A stretch of 64,000 bases of DNA from Chrysomallon squamiferum (GCA_012295275.1 CM022672.1:21204001-21268000); one strand, 5' to 3'; shown: positions 1 to 13,580, counted from the first letter of the stretch. Notes: generated by a model from the letters alone, not told the origin. Translations and numbers: made by a program.

Positions 1-220
1 AATAGGAATTAATTTATGTTTATGTATGTCGGCTTGTTTACATATATGTATGTATATATCTTTAAAAATATGTATAAATGTTTATGTATGTATGTTTATA
101 TGTATATACAAAAATGTGTATAAGTATGTACATATGTTGTATGTTTGTGCGTGTGCGTGTGCAGCTGGGGATGGAAGGAAAGTATTACAAATTAAAATAT
201 AAATCATTTTGAATTTTTAA

Positions 221-257
<37 letters not shown>

Positions 258-361
258 GATAACGGTAACAATAACAACACAATAATAACAGTAATAATAA
301 TAAAATTGATTATGATGATAGTAACGAAACAAAAATTACGTTATTGCGTAAATCTCCTGAT

Positions 362-399
<38 letters not shown>

Positions 400-744
400 C
401 AATATTTTAAATGTATTGCCTTTTATGTAAAAATATTTTACCTGTCTCTTGGGAGATATTTGCGTACTCAGCTAATGTTACTGTTTTCTGTTGTATCAGC
501 AGTTCAGAAATCATTGCAATAACGTTATATTATTAATAGGCAATGTGAAAAATCAATGTAATATTGTCTGCGCACTTTGATGTAGTAACTGGATTATAAA
601 TTGCCTGTTGTGTTTGTCATGACATTCAGTTTATCATGGACATTCTTTTTTTTTATTTCTCTGTCACACACTTATACATTAACACGTGCACGCAACGCCA
701 CACAGAGACGCATAGACAACTAGATCAAGTACGTATGCATGAAT

Positions 745-1046
745 TTACAAATACATACACACATATACACACATACGTATGTTCGCACATACATACAAAC
801 ATGTACACATGTACACATGTACACATACATACATACATACACACATGCATACATACATACATACATACATACATACATACATGCAAACATGCAAACATAC
901 ATAAACATACATACATACATACATACATACATACACATGCAAACATACAAACATGCACACATACACACATACATACATACACACACACATACATACACAC
1001 ATACATACATACATACATACATACATACATACATACACACATACAC

Positions 1047-1079
<33 letters not shown>

Positions 1080-1110
1080 CATACACATATATACTTACAT
1101 ATATGTATAT
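745..1110 (+). repeat. (CATA)n/(CA)n compound microsatellite
   Basis: Directly visible; source of the HTYI/MYVC ORFs. Confidence 0.95.
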
Positions 1111-2291
1111 GAAAGGAAAACGTACACCATCGTCTGACAAACGAATCGTGGGCATTGTTTCCATGTGGGAATATCATGAATGGTCAAGTCAACAAAAAAA
1201 AAAATAATAATAATAATAAAAAAAAAAAACATTCTACTTGGTATGAACACATTTCGTTTCACCATATCAATGCCTTCTTTTATTTATATAGTTATTTAAA
1301 CGGGTATCTTTCTGAATAAGTTCTTTTCAAATTTTCATCACTGTTTTTTTCTTTCTAATAATATGTAAAGAAGTTAAACACTGATGAGTCAAAATGCAAA
1401 TTCTTTATTGCAATACCTGTGTCGTGATGTATTTTTTGTTACCATATAACTCATTCGAACGCTTTTTCTGTTTTAGAAATAAATAACATTCTTTTCTTGT
1501 CTAGATTTACATTTGCAGTAATTTTTAAGTATTCTGAAAATGAATAAATAAATTTCATTTAAATCTTTATTTTAAAACAAATTCAAAAATTGTATTAACT
1601 TTTGTTTTCTAATTACACTCGAGAAGACACCTCACTTGTACTTTTTTCAAGTAGTTAACACCATATACTAAAGCTCTAAATGAATTGCTTATAAATCTGA
1701 TTTTTATGCCTCATTAACCACAAATGCCCTTACATGTTTTTCTTTTATTGAATGAGAATGTGAACATTATTTTTTATTATTTCTTTAGACGACTTTAAGC
1801 AATCGGATTAAAAAGGAAATCAGCACGAACATTTGATATGCCTTGTTGATTTCTATAAATCGTTTCGTGCTAAGTTCTGTCATACTTTAAAAATGCTGAA
1901 TTAATTGTACATATCCGTAGATAAAACGATATTATGCACTCACATAAAAATAAATAGTAATGATTTTGCGTGTACACATACATAAACATACACAGTCACA
2001 CACACACACAAACACACAGTCACACACATACATAAACATACACACACACAAACATACACAGTCACACACATACACACACAAAGACAGAGACGTAACTTTA
2101 TATGTAATTAATTAAAGCTTGTCGTACAATAAATCTGTAACGTTAAGACATAAATAAAACGGAAAAACAGGATAATGGATGTGAATTGTTCAAACAAGTC
2201 TCATTTCACTACAATGTTTTATGCTAGACATATGGCCGAATTGGGTAAGATGATGTTTTGATTTGTTCAGAAGACAATTTTGTAATTATTT

Positions 2292-2292
<1 letters not shown>

Positions 2293-2323
<31 letters not shown>

Positions 2324-2600
2324 TGTATGTATGTATGTATGTATGTATGCATGCATTCATGTGTGTGTATGTATGTATGTATAAATGTATGTATGTGTGT
2401 ATGTATGTATAAATGTATGTATGTATGTATGTGTGTTTGTATAAATGTATGTATGTATGTATGTATGTGTGTTTGTATAAATGTATGTATGTATGTATGT
2501 ATGTCTAAATTTATGTATGTATGTATGTATGTCTAAATTTATGTATGTATGTATGTATGTATTTATGTGTATATATATATCTGTATGTATGTATTTATAT
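2293..2600 (+). repeat. (TATG)n microsatellite
   Basis: Directly visible. Confidence 0.95.
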
Positions 2601-2689
2601 ATTTACGTGTGTATAAATAAGGGACTAAAGAAAGGATGAATCACAACACTTTATAATGTTAGCAGTTAGTGTTTGTCAAGTGTATTTCA

Positions 2690-2960
2690 CACACACAGTA
2701 CAGCACTGGTTAGTCATCGCGAAACATAAGTCTTTGTGCACTGTTTATTTGTTTTGTGTGTCATGAGAAAAGTAATCCGCTGCAACCAGACTGTCAGTTA
2801 AAAGCCAGCTATCTTTGTAGATCCATTTCCCGCAAACCTGTCGTGGGTCTCTGGCTGGAAAGTGAAACAGACGAATGGAGGCAGTGGGAAGAAATGATCC
2901 TGGGTCGTGTTACCATGACCACGACTCCAACCTGCTGACTAATCACTTAGCTATGGTCTA
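2690..2960. promoter_or_regulatory. Non-coding complex island with an RFX X-box-like site
   Basis: GC-elevated patch between microsatellites; GTTACCATGACCAC at 2909-2922. Confidence 0.35.
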
Positions 2961-4487
2961 TTCTATTTACATTTTACTGTTCAGACAAGAAAGAAAAAAT
3001 AAAAATAATAATAAATAATAATAAATTAATTAATTAATTAATTAATTAATAAAAATATAAATACAAAAAAAAATAATAAAATTAAAAAAAAAAAAAATAA
3101 AATAAAAAAATAATAATAATAATAATAATAACAAATAAATAAATTAAAATTAAAGAATATATATATGCAAAAATAAAACAGAATTAAATTTAAAATAATA
3201 ATAACTGGAGTGTGTTTTTATATCACCACTACGTTACACTTCCCAACACTGGCATTTCGTGCATTCAAATAACCTGACCTAGGCTATGAAAACATTTAGA
3301 AATGAAGAAGACAAAACACATTCTTGAGCGTTACTTTTTTTTATCAGTATTTCAGATCAGAAAAACAAGACGTTGTAACTGTAATAATGATATTATTTTA
3401 TGGTCAGTTAAACGATTGATTCGTTGGAAAAAAAAATGCTAATATCAACTGTTGTCCGACAGTGAGCGTAAACGATTGCTTCGTTGTTTAAAGTGAATAA
3501 ACAATACAAACAAACAAACAAACAGATAATGATAATGAATTGTGGTAAAGGAGGATAATGATGGTAACAAAAGAAAAGAGAAAGTTCTATAGTGCTAGTT
3601 GTTTAGTGTCAGTTAGATATTTTCTTGTAAAATGGTGATACGAATTAGGAAATCCACTAGCATTATTCTAAGACATCATTAAGTAACGTTCGGGAATCTT
3701 TCATAGACGTTTTCCGTAGATAGGAAAGCACTTTCGATGGTTTTTTTGTACAAGGGTTTGTGGTGGAAAAGGGAAAAACCTTACTAGAGATGACTGATCT
3801 GGTCTGAATTCTGTTTGTTTTCATTAATCCACTATTTTCATGATTTGCATACGCATGAAACCTTTTATTAATTCTTTGAATTACTGAGAACTGTTACAGT
3901 TCTTTTGATTAAATCATATATGGTTATTTTCTTTTAAATGTTTTTAATGTATGAAATGAAAGTCATTTTCCCCCTTAAATACCGGGTTTTTTTTTTTTCA
4001 TGGGTGGTGCGCAGTTATGAAGGCACAATTCACTGTATTCAGACGTTTCGTGTTTGATAGCCATATTTAAACAACTCTGTCAATGGCCAAAATTTGCAAA
4101 AATACAAAATAAATAAGGAACAGGTTATTAAAAACAGATATTTATGAGATATTTATCGGTATAAACTGCTGTTGTGTTTTCTATTAACTTAATATGATTC
4201 ACTCTTTTTTTTTTAAACTCAGAATAACTCTTCGAGGAGGTATGTTGTTAATTATATGAAAGGATTTGCTTACAGCACCGAATCTCTCAACGAATTTTTC
4301 TTCGATTTTTAAAATCGTTTTTCTATTTCCGTTCGATATTTTGAAAATGGAATTTCAAATGCAAAAAAGAAATAGCCACATAATAAATAAATAAATAAAT
4401 AAATAAATAAAATTTGTAAATAAGAGGTAAAAATAAAAATAATAATAATAAACCGATTATACCAGGTTAATCAGTTGGAATCTTATG

Positions 4488-4622
4488 AGTGTGTGTATGT
4501 GTGTGTATGTGTGTGTGTTTGTGTGTGTGTATGTGTGTGTGTTTGTGTGTGTGTGTGTTTGTGTTTGTGTGTATGTGTGTGTGTATGTGTGTGTGTTTGT
4601 GTGTGTGTTTGTGTGTGTGTGT
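4488..4622 (+). repeat. Interrupted (GT)n microsatellite
   Basis: Directly visible. Confidence 0.95.
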
Positions 4623-6450
4623 TTTAGCTGAAACCACTGAACTGTAATAGAATATTTTGGTAAATGTCTCTTTACTTTTAGAAAGAAAAAAATAATAATA
4701 AATAAAGTAGAATAAAATGAATAAATCAATTATAAAAAGTTAATTAATTATATAAAGAACACAATTTAAAAAAATAAATAAATAGCTATTAAAGAAAATA
4801 AATTAAGGTCGTAAAAAATAGAATAACATTTTTCTTATTCTCTGCGATTTATATAAATCATTTCTCCGTGCTTAAGACGGTGTTTGTTTTTTTTTGTTTT
4901 TTTTTATGTTTGTTTTTGTGTTTTTTTTTTTTTTTTTTTTCTTAAATTTAAAAGACGGCATATAAAGAAAAGCATTATGTTACTGATTTTAATTTACAAT
5001 TGTAGTTCTAATTTTTATTCTATTTTTATATCGTATGTGATATCCTCTCTCGTCTTCAACTTTGGATTAGAACGTTGATTTATGTTTTACGACATCTACA
5101 TATATCTAATTTTAATGTTCATTCGATCTCAACAATATTTTATTTATTTAATCTTTATTTAATCTTTATTTATTTATTTATTTATTTATGAATTTTATTT
5201 TTAAAAATAGTTCCTTTGTTAAGGGTCATAAGATTTCATGTTCATAATACATGCAGTTAAACTGCAGACCATTTTATGTGAAACATTTGTTTGTGTGTAA
5301 TTGTCATTTAATATGGAAAAAGAAACAAGTGCATAATTCGGTTATTGTTATTTATTTATTTCATATTATACGCTTAAGGAAAATTAGTACGCCTAACTGC
5401 GCAGTTCATGCGGTGTTTTATTTTCAATACTTTACATTAAAAACCATTCCATGTCAGAAATAAATTAATTCTTTTTATTCTATTTTATCTATCTATTTAT
5501 TTATTTATTTATTTATTATGTGTATAATTAGTAGGCCTAACTGTTTAATCTATTATTTTTAAAAGCATTAAATTAAGGGGGGGGGGAAGAAAACATTCAG
5601 AGTGAATTAGTTATGCGTTGTTTTCAATCCGTGTCGTGTTATGATGTTTAATTTTCAATGCCGATAGATCGTAATCTCTCAACGGTAATCTATAGTTTAA
5701 TCATTAGGAAAAATATGACTGCAAATACCACTTAGGCGTGTACGCATTGTAATTGGTAGCAGCTTTGTTTGATGTCGAACAATTGCAACAAAATTGACAC
5801 TCGCCTTATGCGCTAACCTCGTATTATAGTTATCGGTACGAGATTATTATTATTATTTGTTTGTTTGTTTATTTAATCTTTTATTAGACCAACCTGTTTA
5901 TCATAGTTATCATATCTAGCTGATGTCACTGGGTTTATTTATATTTTTTTGTTCTTTTGTCACGTATTTCTGTTTGAATTTCTTGAAATCATGTTTGTGA
6001 AGTGTTTTCGTTGTTGTATATATTTATATGTTATAGACTATTCATAATTAATATTGTGAAATACAGTAAAATTACAAAATAAAGGAATAATTAAATACAG
6101 AACCACGTGTATGCAATTCTCGCCCCTGAATGAAATTTCATGGGGTTACAACAATATTAAAGAAATGCAAACTGTACGAAATGCTAATTCTTTCCCTCTT
6201 TCTTGAAATTTAAAATGAATGTTGTTATAGGGGCAAATAAAATGAAACTCTGTTATATTAAATAGGTCTAGCATCATAAAATATAAATAATTCTTTTTTA
6301 TTTTTCGTTTCAGAATTCTTCTAAGCGATAAAAACAAACCACCTTTTGAGGATTAAACATCTGCCTACTTAATATTTTGTTTCGAATAAATTAGAATAAC
6401 TATAATTGATTTTGGCTTAAAAAAAAAAAAACCATTTTGAACTAATGGTG

Positions 6451-6485
6451 TATATAAATAACTGTGGAATTTTTTTTTATCAAAC
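6451..6485 (+). promoter_or_regulatory. Possible TATA box plus initiator for the CCDC190-like gene
   Basis: TATATAAA at 6451-6458 and TCA at 6480-6482, ~30 bp downstream and 38 bp before the ATG. Weak evidence in such AT-rich DNA; a good 3' splice site (tttttcgtttcag, ending 6313) offers an alternative spliced 5' UTR. Confidence 0.25.
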
Positions 6486-6519
6486 TGATATAAAGAAAAG
6501 AACGTAATAAATACACAGA

Positions 6520-7788
6520 ATGAGCTGGTACGATATTCAGTACAAAAATCTCCAAGTGGCTCGCTCTCGAAATAAGTACGAAGAACGACGTCTTCAGATT
6601 GAACTGGAACGAAAGCACGGACTGAGAGCGATCCACGAATACCGGTTAGAAGAGGTCAACAAAGAGCAAAGACTCGTTGAAAAAGAACTGGAAAGAATAC
6701 GCATGGGCATCCACAGAGTCCCCGCGCAGGCCGAGAACCTGGGATCTTTCGCTCACCGGCAGCCACTTCAGTCGAAACGTCGAAACGACGGCATTGTACA
6801 AGAGGTTTTTGTAAGTGACTCTAAAAATCTAAACGATAATCTATCGCCTCAGTCGACTAAAGATAACGCTTTTCTAAAAGCCATTATGTGCCTTCAAAGC
6901 GACAAGGATCCTCTCACGAAATCAAACGAAGACCGCATTCAGCCGACTAATACGGCTGACACATCTACTATTGACTTTGATTCTTCGAGCGTGCCTTATC
7001 GCGACCTCTCCATATCTCCCAGGGTAGAGAATGTACAAAAGACCACTTTCGTTGACAACTCCACGCCAAACAGACAACATATCGACCTTCCGGAGAACGA
7101 AGAGGCGAACGTCGAGTTTGTAACTGAACCTAATTCTGACTTCGCTTACGTTAAACAAAATCTATCGAAACCGTCTGCAAGGACGTCAGCTGGTCTCGTC
7201 ACCAATACGCCCCGCTCTCAACAACAGCGGACAGATAATATCACTGCAAAGGCGAAGGAACGACAGCCAGGCTTCTCGCTGGACTTGGTATCGCTCGCTT
7301 CACTGGATATGAAATCGGTTAAATCAGATGTCGCGCGGCGCATGTCGCAACAGAAAACGTCGCAGCAGACGACAGGCAAACGCGGGTCAGTTGACAGCGC
7401 CAGCGCTACAAATCCGACAGAGGGAGAAGTCAAACCGAAGGATCAAGCAGGCGCTGCAGACGTCGTTACTGAGAACAAACCAAGCGACGTCATGGACGGC
7501 GTGGACAGCAAGAACGCAGATTCAGCGAGGCCGAAAGAACGGTCGGAAAAACAACGACGCACTTCCAAAACGAACCAGCCAAAGGAAATAGACCCATCAG
7601 ATTATAACCCGGACGGATCGTTGAAAAAAATGTACCAGCTTCCAAATTTCGAGGACTCTTGGAAAGAAGCTCAAAGGGCTCGATACATTAGACATGGGAA
7701 GAACTCTGAAATTCTGGAACGGGAACGCGAACTGTCTGTTAAAGAAATTTTCGACAAAGACACAAAGGCGAAAGGTGCTACACAATAA
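6520..7788 (+). CDS. CCDC190: Intronless coiled-coil protein, CCDC190 (C1orf110)-like, 422 aa
   Basis: 1269-bp ORF in high-complexity sequence, much more GC-rich than its flanks. N-terminal helix (RNKYEERRLQIELER...EQRLVEKELERIR) and C-terminal motif (FEDSWKEAQRARYIRH...ERELSVKEIF) match my recollection of vertebrate CCDC190 (EQRQLQKELQRL ... KARNAHYLRH...ERLLSIGEIF), with a disordered S/T/D/K-rich middle. The ORF is very likely real; the family call is from memory and needs an HMM search. Confidence 0.75.
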   Translation: MSWYDIQYKNLQVARSRNKYEERRLQIELERKHGLRAIHEYRLEEVNKEQRLVEKELERIRMGIHRVPAQAENLGSFAHRQPLQSKRRNDGIVQEVFVSDSKNLNDNLSPQSTKDNAFLKAIMCLQSDKDPLTKSNEDRIQPTNTADTSTIDFDSSSVPYRDLSISPRVENVQKTTFVDNSTPNRQHIDLPENEEANVEFVTEPNSDFAYVKQNLSKPSARTSAGLVTNTPRSQQQRTDNITAKAKERQPGFSLDLVSLASLDMKSVKSDVARRMSQQKTSQQTTGKRGSVDSASATNPTEGEVKPKDQAGAADVVTENKPSDVMDGVDSKNADSARPKERSEKQRRTSKTNQPKEIDPSDYNPDGSLKKMYQLPNFEDSWKEAQRARYIRHGKNSEILERERELSVKEIFDKDTKAKGATQ

Positions 7789-8892
7789 ATAACAACAATA
7801 ACAACAAGAAAAATACTATATATAAAACAAGAGAAAAATATAAGACAATTACAAACAACTCAACAAACTGTGTCTCACATGTGCGATGGAGAGAAATGTG
7901 TGAGTGGATAGGATGAACGACTTAGTGGATCAGTGGGAAAAAAAATAACATTGTTTCAAACATCATATGTATTGTTAAATGTTTTGTTATGATACTTGAT
8001 ATACAGAAAAGATTACTGGAAAGCGAGTGATAAAACTGCTGGATTTTTTTGTGACCTCGTGCAAGCCTATTACTGTGATCTCTCATAGAAAAATCAATTC
8101 GCCTAAATCTAACCTCGCCTACGTTAGGAATTCTAATTACTGTTCAGATGACGATTTACATATTTCTTAAACTCGAAAAAACAGGATACCGTCCAAGCAA
8201 AACATGTTTTGTTATCTCAAAGCCTCTCTGTTGTTGACATAACCTGCAATGTCTCCGTCCAGAACGAATTCTATTTTATATTAGCGGGTTTTTTTTCTGC
8301 TTCTTCTTCTTTTTTTTTTCTTTCTCAAAATGTGACCACAGTATTTATGACATTCTTAATGGAAATTAAATATTTCACCTTCAGGATTGTACATGATGCG
8401 GAACAAAAATGCAAATAACCATGGATCGACAGCTTTTTATTATTAATATTGTTATTCTGTGATATATTTACGTATAGGCGAGTATTGCTCGATTAACAAT
8501 GGCGACGAATTTCTTTTATGTATAAAATATTATTATAAATATATAATTTATAGACCTTTTTTCTCATTATTTATTATTATAATAGTAATTTTTAAAACAA
8601 ATTAAAGGTAAAGTTGCAAATAGTCTTATGTTTGTTTTATTTTCTGCTATTGTTTATTTTTATTTTACTATAGTCATTTGTATTTATGTACATTTTGGAA
8701 CAAATAATTTCAAAATGTTTTATTAATAATTTCTGTTTTTCTGTAAATATTTTACTTACCATTTTAAAGTATATTTTTCTTTGATACAGGCATTACTGAT
8801 TTAAAGTACATTTATTTTCTCTTATACTGGCATCAAATAGTTATGTGTTTTTTATCTAGGCATTATATCGATATCTATATCTATCTATCTGT

Positions 8893-8936
<44 letters not shown>

Positions 8937-9493
8937 ACGCAGAAAGATAACCTAACGATCAAAGAATTATTTATTTTAAATATATATTTTGATTTAATTT
9001 CGCTGTCGACTTTATTACATTTTTTTTTTGTGTGTGTGAAGAAAGATAGTAATCACAACAGAGATAAGAAAATATATATATACATACATAAAAAGTAAAG
9101 GTATACTAAGTTTGAAATCAATATTCTTTATAAAGGAGTGCACATACCACAAAGGAATAGCCACCACCTGTACAACAGTATACATAAAATCTAATTTACA
9201 GCTATGCTAAAAAAAAATAAACAAGCTTTTTTCTTCTTTATTTTTACAATTTGTTTATGGTACACCAAACAAATTGGAGTTTGTTTTGTAGGTATTAGTT
9301 AACGCGTGTTGCCGTATAAGACCGGTATGCTAGCTTACTTACTAGTCAAAAGAATTATAAGATTTTTAAGAGATTATGTTCCAGTCTTTTCTTTGTAAAC
9401 CGGTCACGCGGTCAAAGGTCTACATTTTTCATGTCATAGGTTTAAAGTTATACGTCACCTAATCATTAGCGTAAATAAACATTCATTAATCAT

Positions 9494-9529
<36 letters not shown>

Positions 9530-12500
9530 TCGTTCCAGTTTTATTTCATTAGGATATTATTTGATTATGAGATATTAAATTTCAAATGGAATATAAATAA
9601 TTATTTTTAATTTACATGTTTAATACATGATGATAACATTTAACAAATTAATGTCTGGTATCTTAAGTTAAATATATTCATGCATATAATGTACCATATA
9701 CTGGGAGGTAAATAAATAACTAAGTAAATATATATACATGTAAGTGTGTGAACGTATGTATGTGAGCATGTGAGTATATTTGTAAATACGTATGTACATA
9801 TGTATATGTATAAGTATACCAATATACATACATACATACATACATACATACATACATACGTACATATACATACATGCATACACACATGAATGCATACATA
9901 CATACATATATACATAAAGGCAGATATAACTATACTGATTACACAAATGTAGATCCCCCGTTGGGATTAATCTTCACCTGTGTGTGCATGTATTTACCTA
10001 CTTACAGGACAAAATGAATTTTAGCTTCACGAAAGAGAAATTCCTTTTTGACAGACATGTACAGACGTATGAGTCGTAAAGTAGCTGCAACACAAATAAA
10101 ACTATTAAACCAAACCATATACGAACCTTAACTCAGTTTGATTGTATACCCCACGTTTTTTTTTTTTTTTTATCGCTTTCCATTATTATTTCTTACCTCG
10201 GATTTTATTGCCTCTAGGATAAATGACTATTCTTTTAATGGAGAGTGAAAAAATAAATAATTCCTACAGGTTTTGTTTTTTTCAAAAATAATTGGTCTGT
10301 CTGCCATGTGTTACTAAGGACTTTTACTTAAACTTATTATATTTGTGTTTCTATTGTCCAAAATAGATGTGTTTATTGTAGCCGATAATGGACTATAATA
10401 CTACTATCAGAACACTTCTGTTCGAGTTTTTCCTTTCTTTTCTTTTTTTTTTTTTTTTCTTTGGTATTTTGCAGGTGTTTTTCTTTTGAAAGCTAGAAGA
10501 AAAAAGTAATTATAATTTAATTAAAAGTTCTGATTAAATATTGAAAAAATTTCTTTTCACTGTGTCGTAAAGCGACGTTTTAATTTATTGCTACTGCTGA
10601 TTATAATGAGATCACAGAAACAAATATAAATAATATAAAAGAAAATATATTCCTAATAAGTCACTGTACACCTAAGGAAAAAAAAAGAGAAAACGAAGAA
10701 CACAACCTAAATAAATAAAAGCAATTTTATATTTCTAAAACAATATTAAATAAAACAGATCTCCTTTAGTTTAATTTTAACATTTTTGTTTGAATACAAA
10801 AAAATATTGGAAATTGGGTTTTGTTTAAAGATATTATCACACACGCAGATTGAATAATGTCCTGTTATTGGCTATTTATGATTATATATTGGATAATTTA
10901 TAGTCATCAGCGGAAATCTGCTACAGCTTTAAAGGAATATTTTATGTGCACCTTTACAGAGCGAGAAAACGACCTGTCAATACTAACAATGACTGTCACG
11001 TCAGTACGATTGGAAAACGATATAAAATGAAGGCGCACAAAAAGGCCAGGCTGTGCTAATCCTCTAACTATAACACCACTGTAAACTGTAATAAAAATAT
11101 TTCTTTTGTGTATCACAGTAACAATGTGTCTTGTGCAAAGTATTTCGTTTTGCCATCTTGCAACCTATAAGAAGAAAGCAAAACAAAAAACAAATTCTAC
11201 TGCTGCCATTCATGAAAATCAAAAGCAAGATTTTAAAGAAACAACAACGACGACAACGACAATAAAACATGAATCCAGACAATGACTGACCTCTAATTAG
11301 GTTTGGTATTTCTTTTTACACATACCTCACAGCCCGTCAACTTCCCCCCAGTGAAATATTTTACCTCAAACTTGTGAAGTTCTTTAACACTTTTGACTTG
11401 AAAATTTTGTTTGTGTAACCATGTTAAATATGCTTGAATCTTCAATGGCTCATTAATTAGTTATAGACTGATGCAACATCGCCGTATTCGTACGTTATAA
11501 TATGATTTATAATTACACTTTTGTCTGTTCTCGGCACAGCATAATTATTGATGTTATTTTACCATACCAGAAATATAAGACAGCTATTTTTAAATGCAGT
11601 TAATACACTTTCACAAAGTTTAAAACAAAGAACAAAGTATTTGTTTTGTTTCGTAGCTAAATATAAGGGCAGTACCGCAATAAAAGTTTCGGTTTGTTTC
11701 ATTATTTGGCTTGAAATGGTTACAGAGCAAATGTTTAGTTTCATACAACTTAGTATAAATAAAATAATTTGATATATCAACTACTGAAACACAAACTATA
11801 ACTGAAGCTACAACTTGTCCAGACGCGTCCAAACACACCTAGCCAATCCCCATATATGAAAAAATTGGATTGCTTCTATTCGAAAGACTTAGCAGATTTC
11901 TTCTAGTTAATACATCATATTAATACAAATACATATAATGACATAGGAGTGGCAGACATATATTTTGTGGGGCCTGAACCTTGAACTGTCATGCGAGCCC
12001 TTTGTAACCATCATTGATGATCGGGTAACCAGAAAACCCAAAATTAATTCCTAAATCCTCATTCTACCTACAATATTATCGGGACACAGATAGCTACTGT
12101 GCACTCGTAAACTTTTCTGTTGTCTGAAAACCGATCCGATGACTACAGTGGAATTAAAATGTTGAATCAATATGCATTAAATTCGCTTGTTAAATAAACT
12201 GCCCCTCCAAAATTAAAAGTCCTTAAGTTTGATTAATTTTATAGTAGATCCGACCCAGGATTGTAGTTTGTCACCGAAAAATGTGAAAACAGAAAAATAA
12301 GCAAACAAATCAAAGTAATAATTATACTAAGTTTTAATGATCGATTTAGCAAGTCGAAAGTTCTACAAAGAAAAAATAATATCAGTAACCATTGCGATTT
12401 TCAGCTAAGAAAAATAAACATCGACAACAAAATTAACCATTACATAACGCATATATATTTAACTGTTTTAACACATGTCAACATTACATTACATGAAAGA

Positions 12501-12609
12501 CAGACAAACAGATGCCCACACAGATTTATATATTCATTTGTGATTATGTGTGTGTCCGATTGAGTGATTTTTTCTGTGTGTATTTGTTTGTCTACTTGAA
12601 TGTTTTTGA

Positions 12610-12800
12610 TTATGTATGTATATATATACAGATATATACATATATGCATACACACATACATACATTCACACACACATACACACACACACACATACATACA
12701 TACATACTTGCGTACATTCATATATATATATATGTATATACATATACATATACACACACATACAAACAAACAAACATACACACATAAACATACATGAGTG
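12610..12800 (+). repeat. (CATA)n/(CA)n/(TA)n compound microsatellite
   Basis: Directly visible. Confidence 0.9.
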
Positions 12801-13254
12801 CAGATATGCAAACATAGATATAACATGAAAAACTTTATGAGATCAGAAGCAAACAGTGGCTCTTTGTAACATGATAAATATCAATCTGCATTTGTGGGCA
12901 TTAATTTGAATGTACACAAACACTCTATTTTCTATGTTTCCTGTTCTTTGTTCTCCACGAACTCACTGACTATAATTTAAACCTTTGACAGGCCTGTTAG
13001 ATAGAGGTATACGTAATACATTTTTTTTCTTTAGTCAGCATTATCTGTATAACAAAGAAACTTGGACTTAATATATTTTAATCTGAGACAGAAACTATTA
13101 CAGGCTCTTGTGCACATGGCAGAACATGCTTCCTGCGATAAATATCCTCATGCACGTAAATTTCACGTTAATTATACGCATAATGTCAAACGCTTTTTTC
13201 TTAAAGAAATCTTTGTGGGTATTTCTGTCTGACTGTCGGTCGATCGGTCAATGT

Positions 13255-13547
13255 GTATATTATGTACGTGTGTACGTATGTAGTCATGTATGTATGTATG
13301 TATGCATGTGTGTATGTATGCATGTGTGTGTGTATGTGTGTGTGTATGTATGTATGTATGTATGTGTGTATGTATGTGTATGTATGTATGTATGTATGTA
13401 TGTATGTATGTATGTATGTTGTTTATGTATGTATGTATGTATGTGTGTATGGATGTATGTATGTATGTGTGCGTGTATGTATGTATGTATGTATGTATGT
13501 ATGTATGTATGTATGTATGTATGTATGTATGTATGTATGTGTGTGTA

Positions 13548-13580
<33 letters not shown>

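Noticed and set aside
636-1207. Overlapping HTYI/MYVC-repeat ORFs (also near 2.3, 9.7, 12.5, 13.3, 15.9, 29.2, 30.2 and 62.5 kb)
   Set aside because: Translations of stop-free (CATA)n/(TATG)n microsatellites in several frames at once; not genes.
2756-2938. 60-aa ORF MCHEKSNPLQ...
   Set aside because: GTG start, no recognisable similarity; better explained as a non-coding GC-elevated island.
6922-7785. Short antisense and alternative-frame ORFs inside the 422-aa CDS
   Set aside because: Shadow ORFs of a GC-richer coding region.
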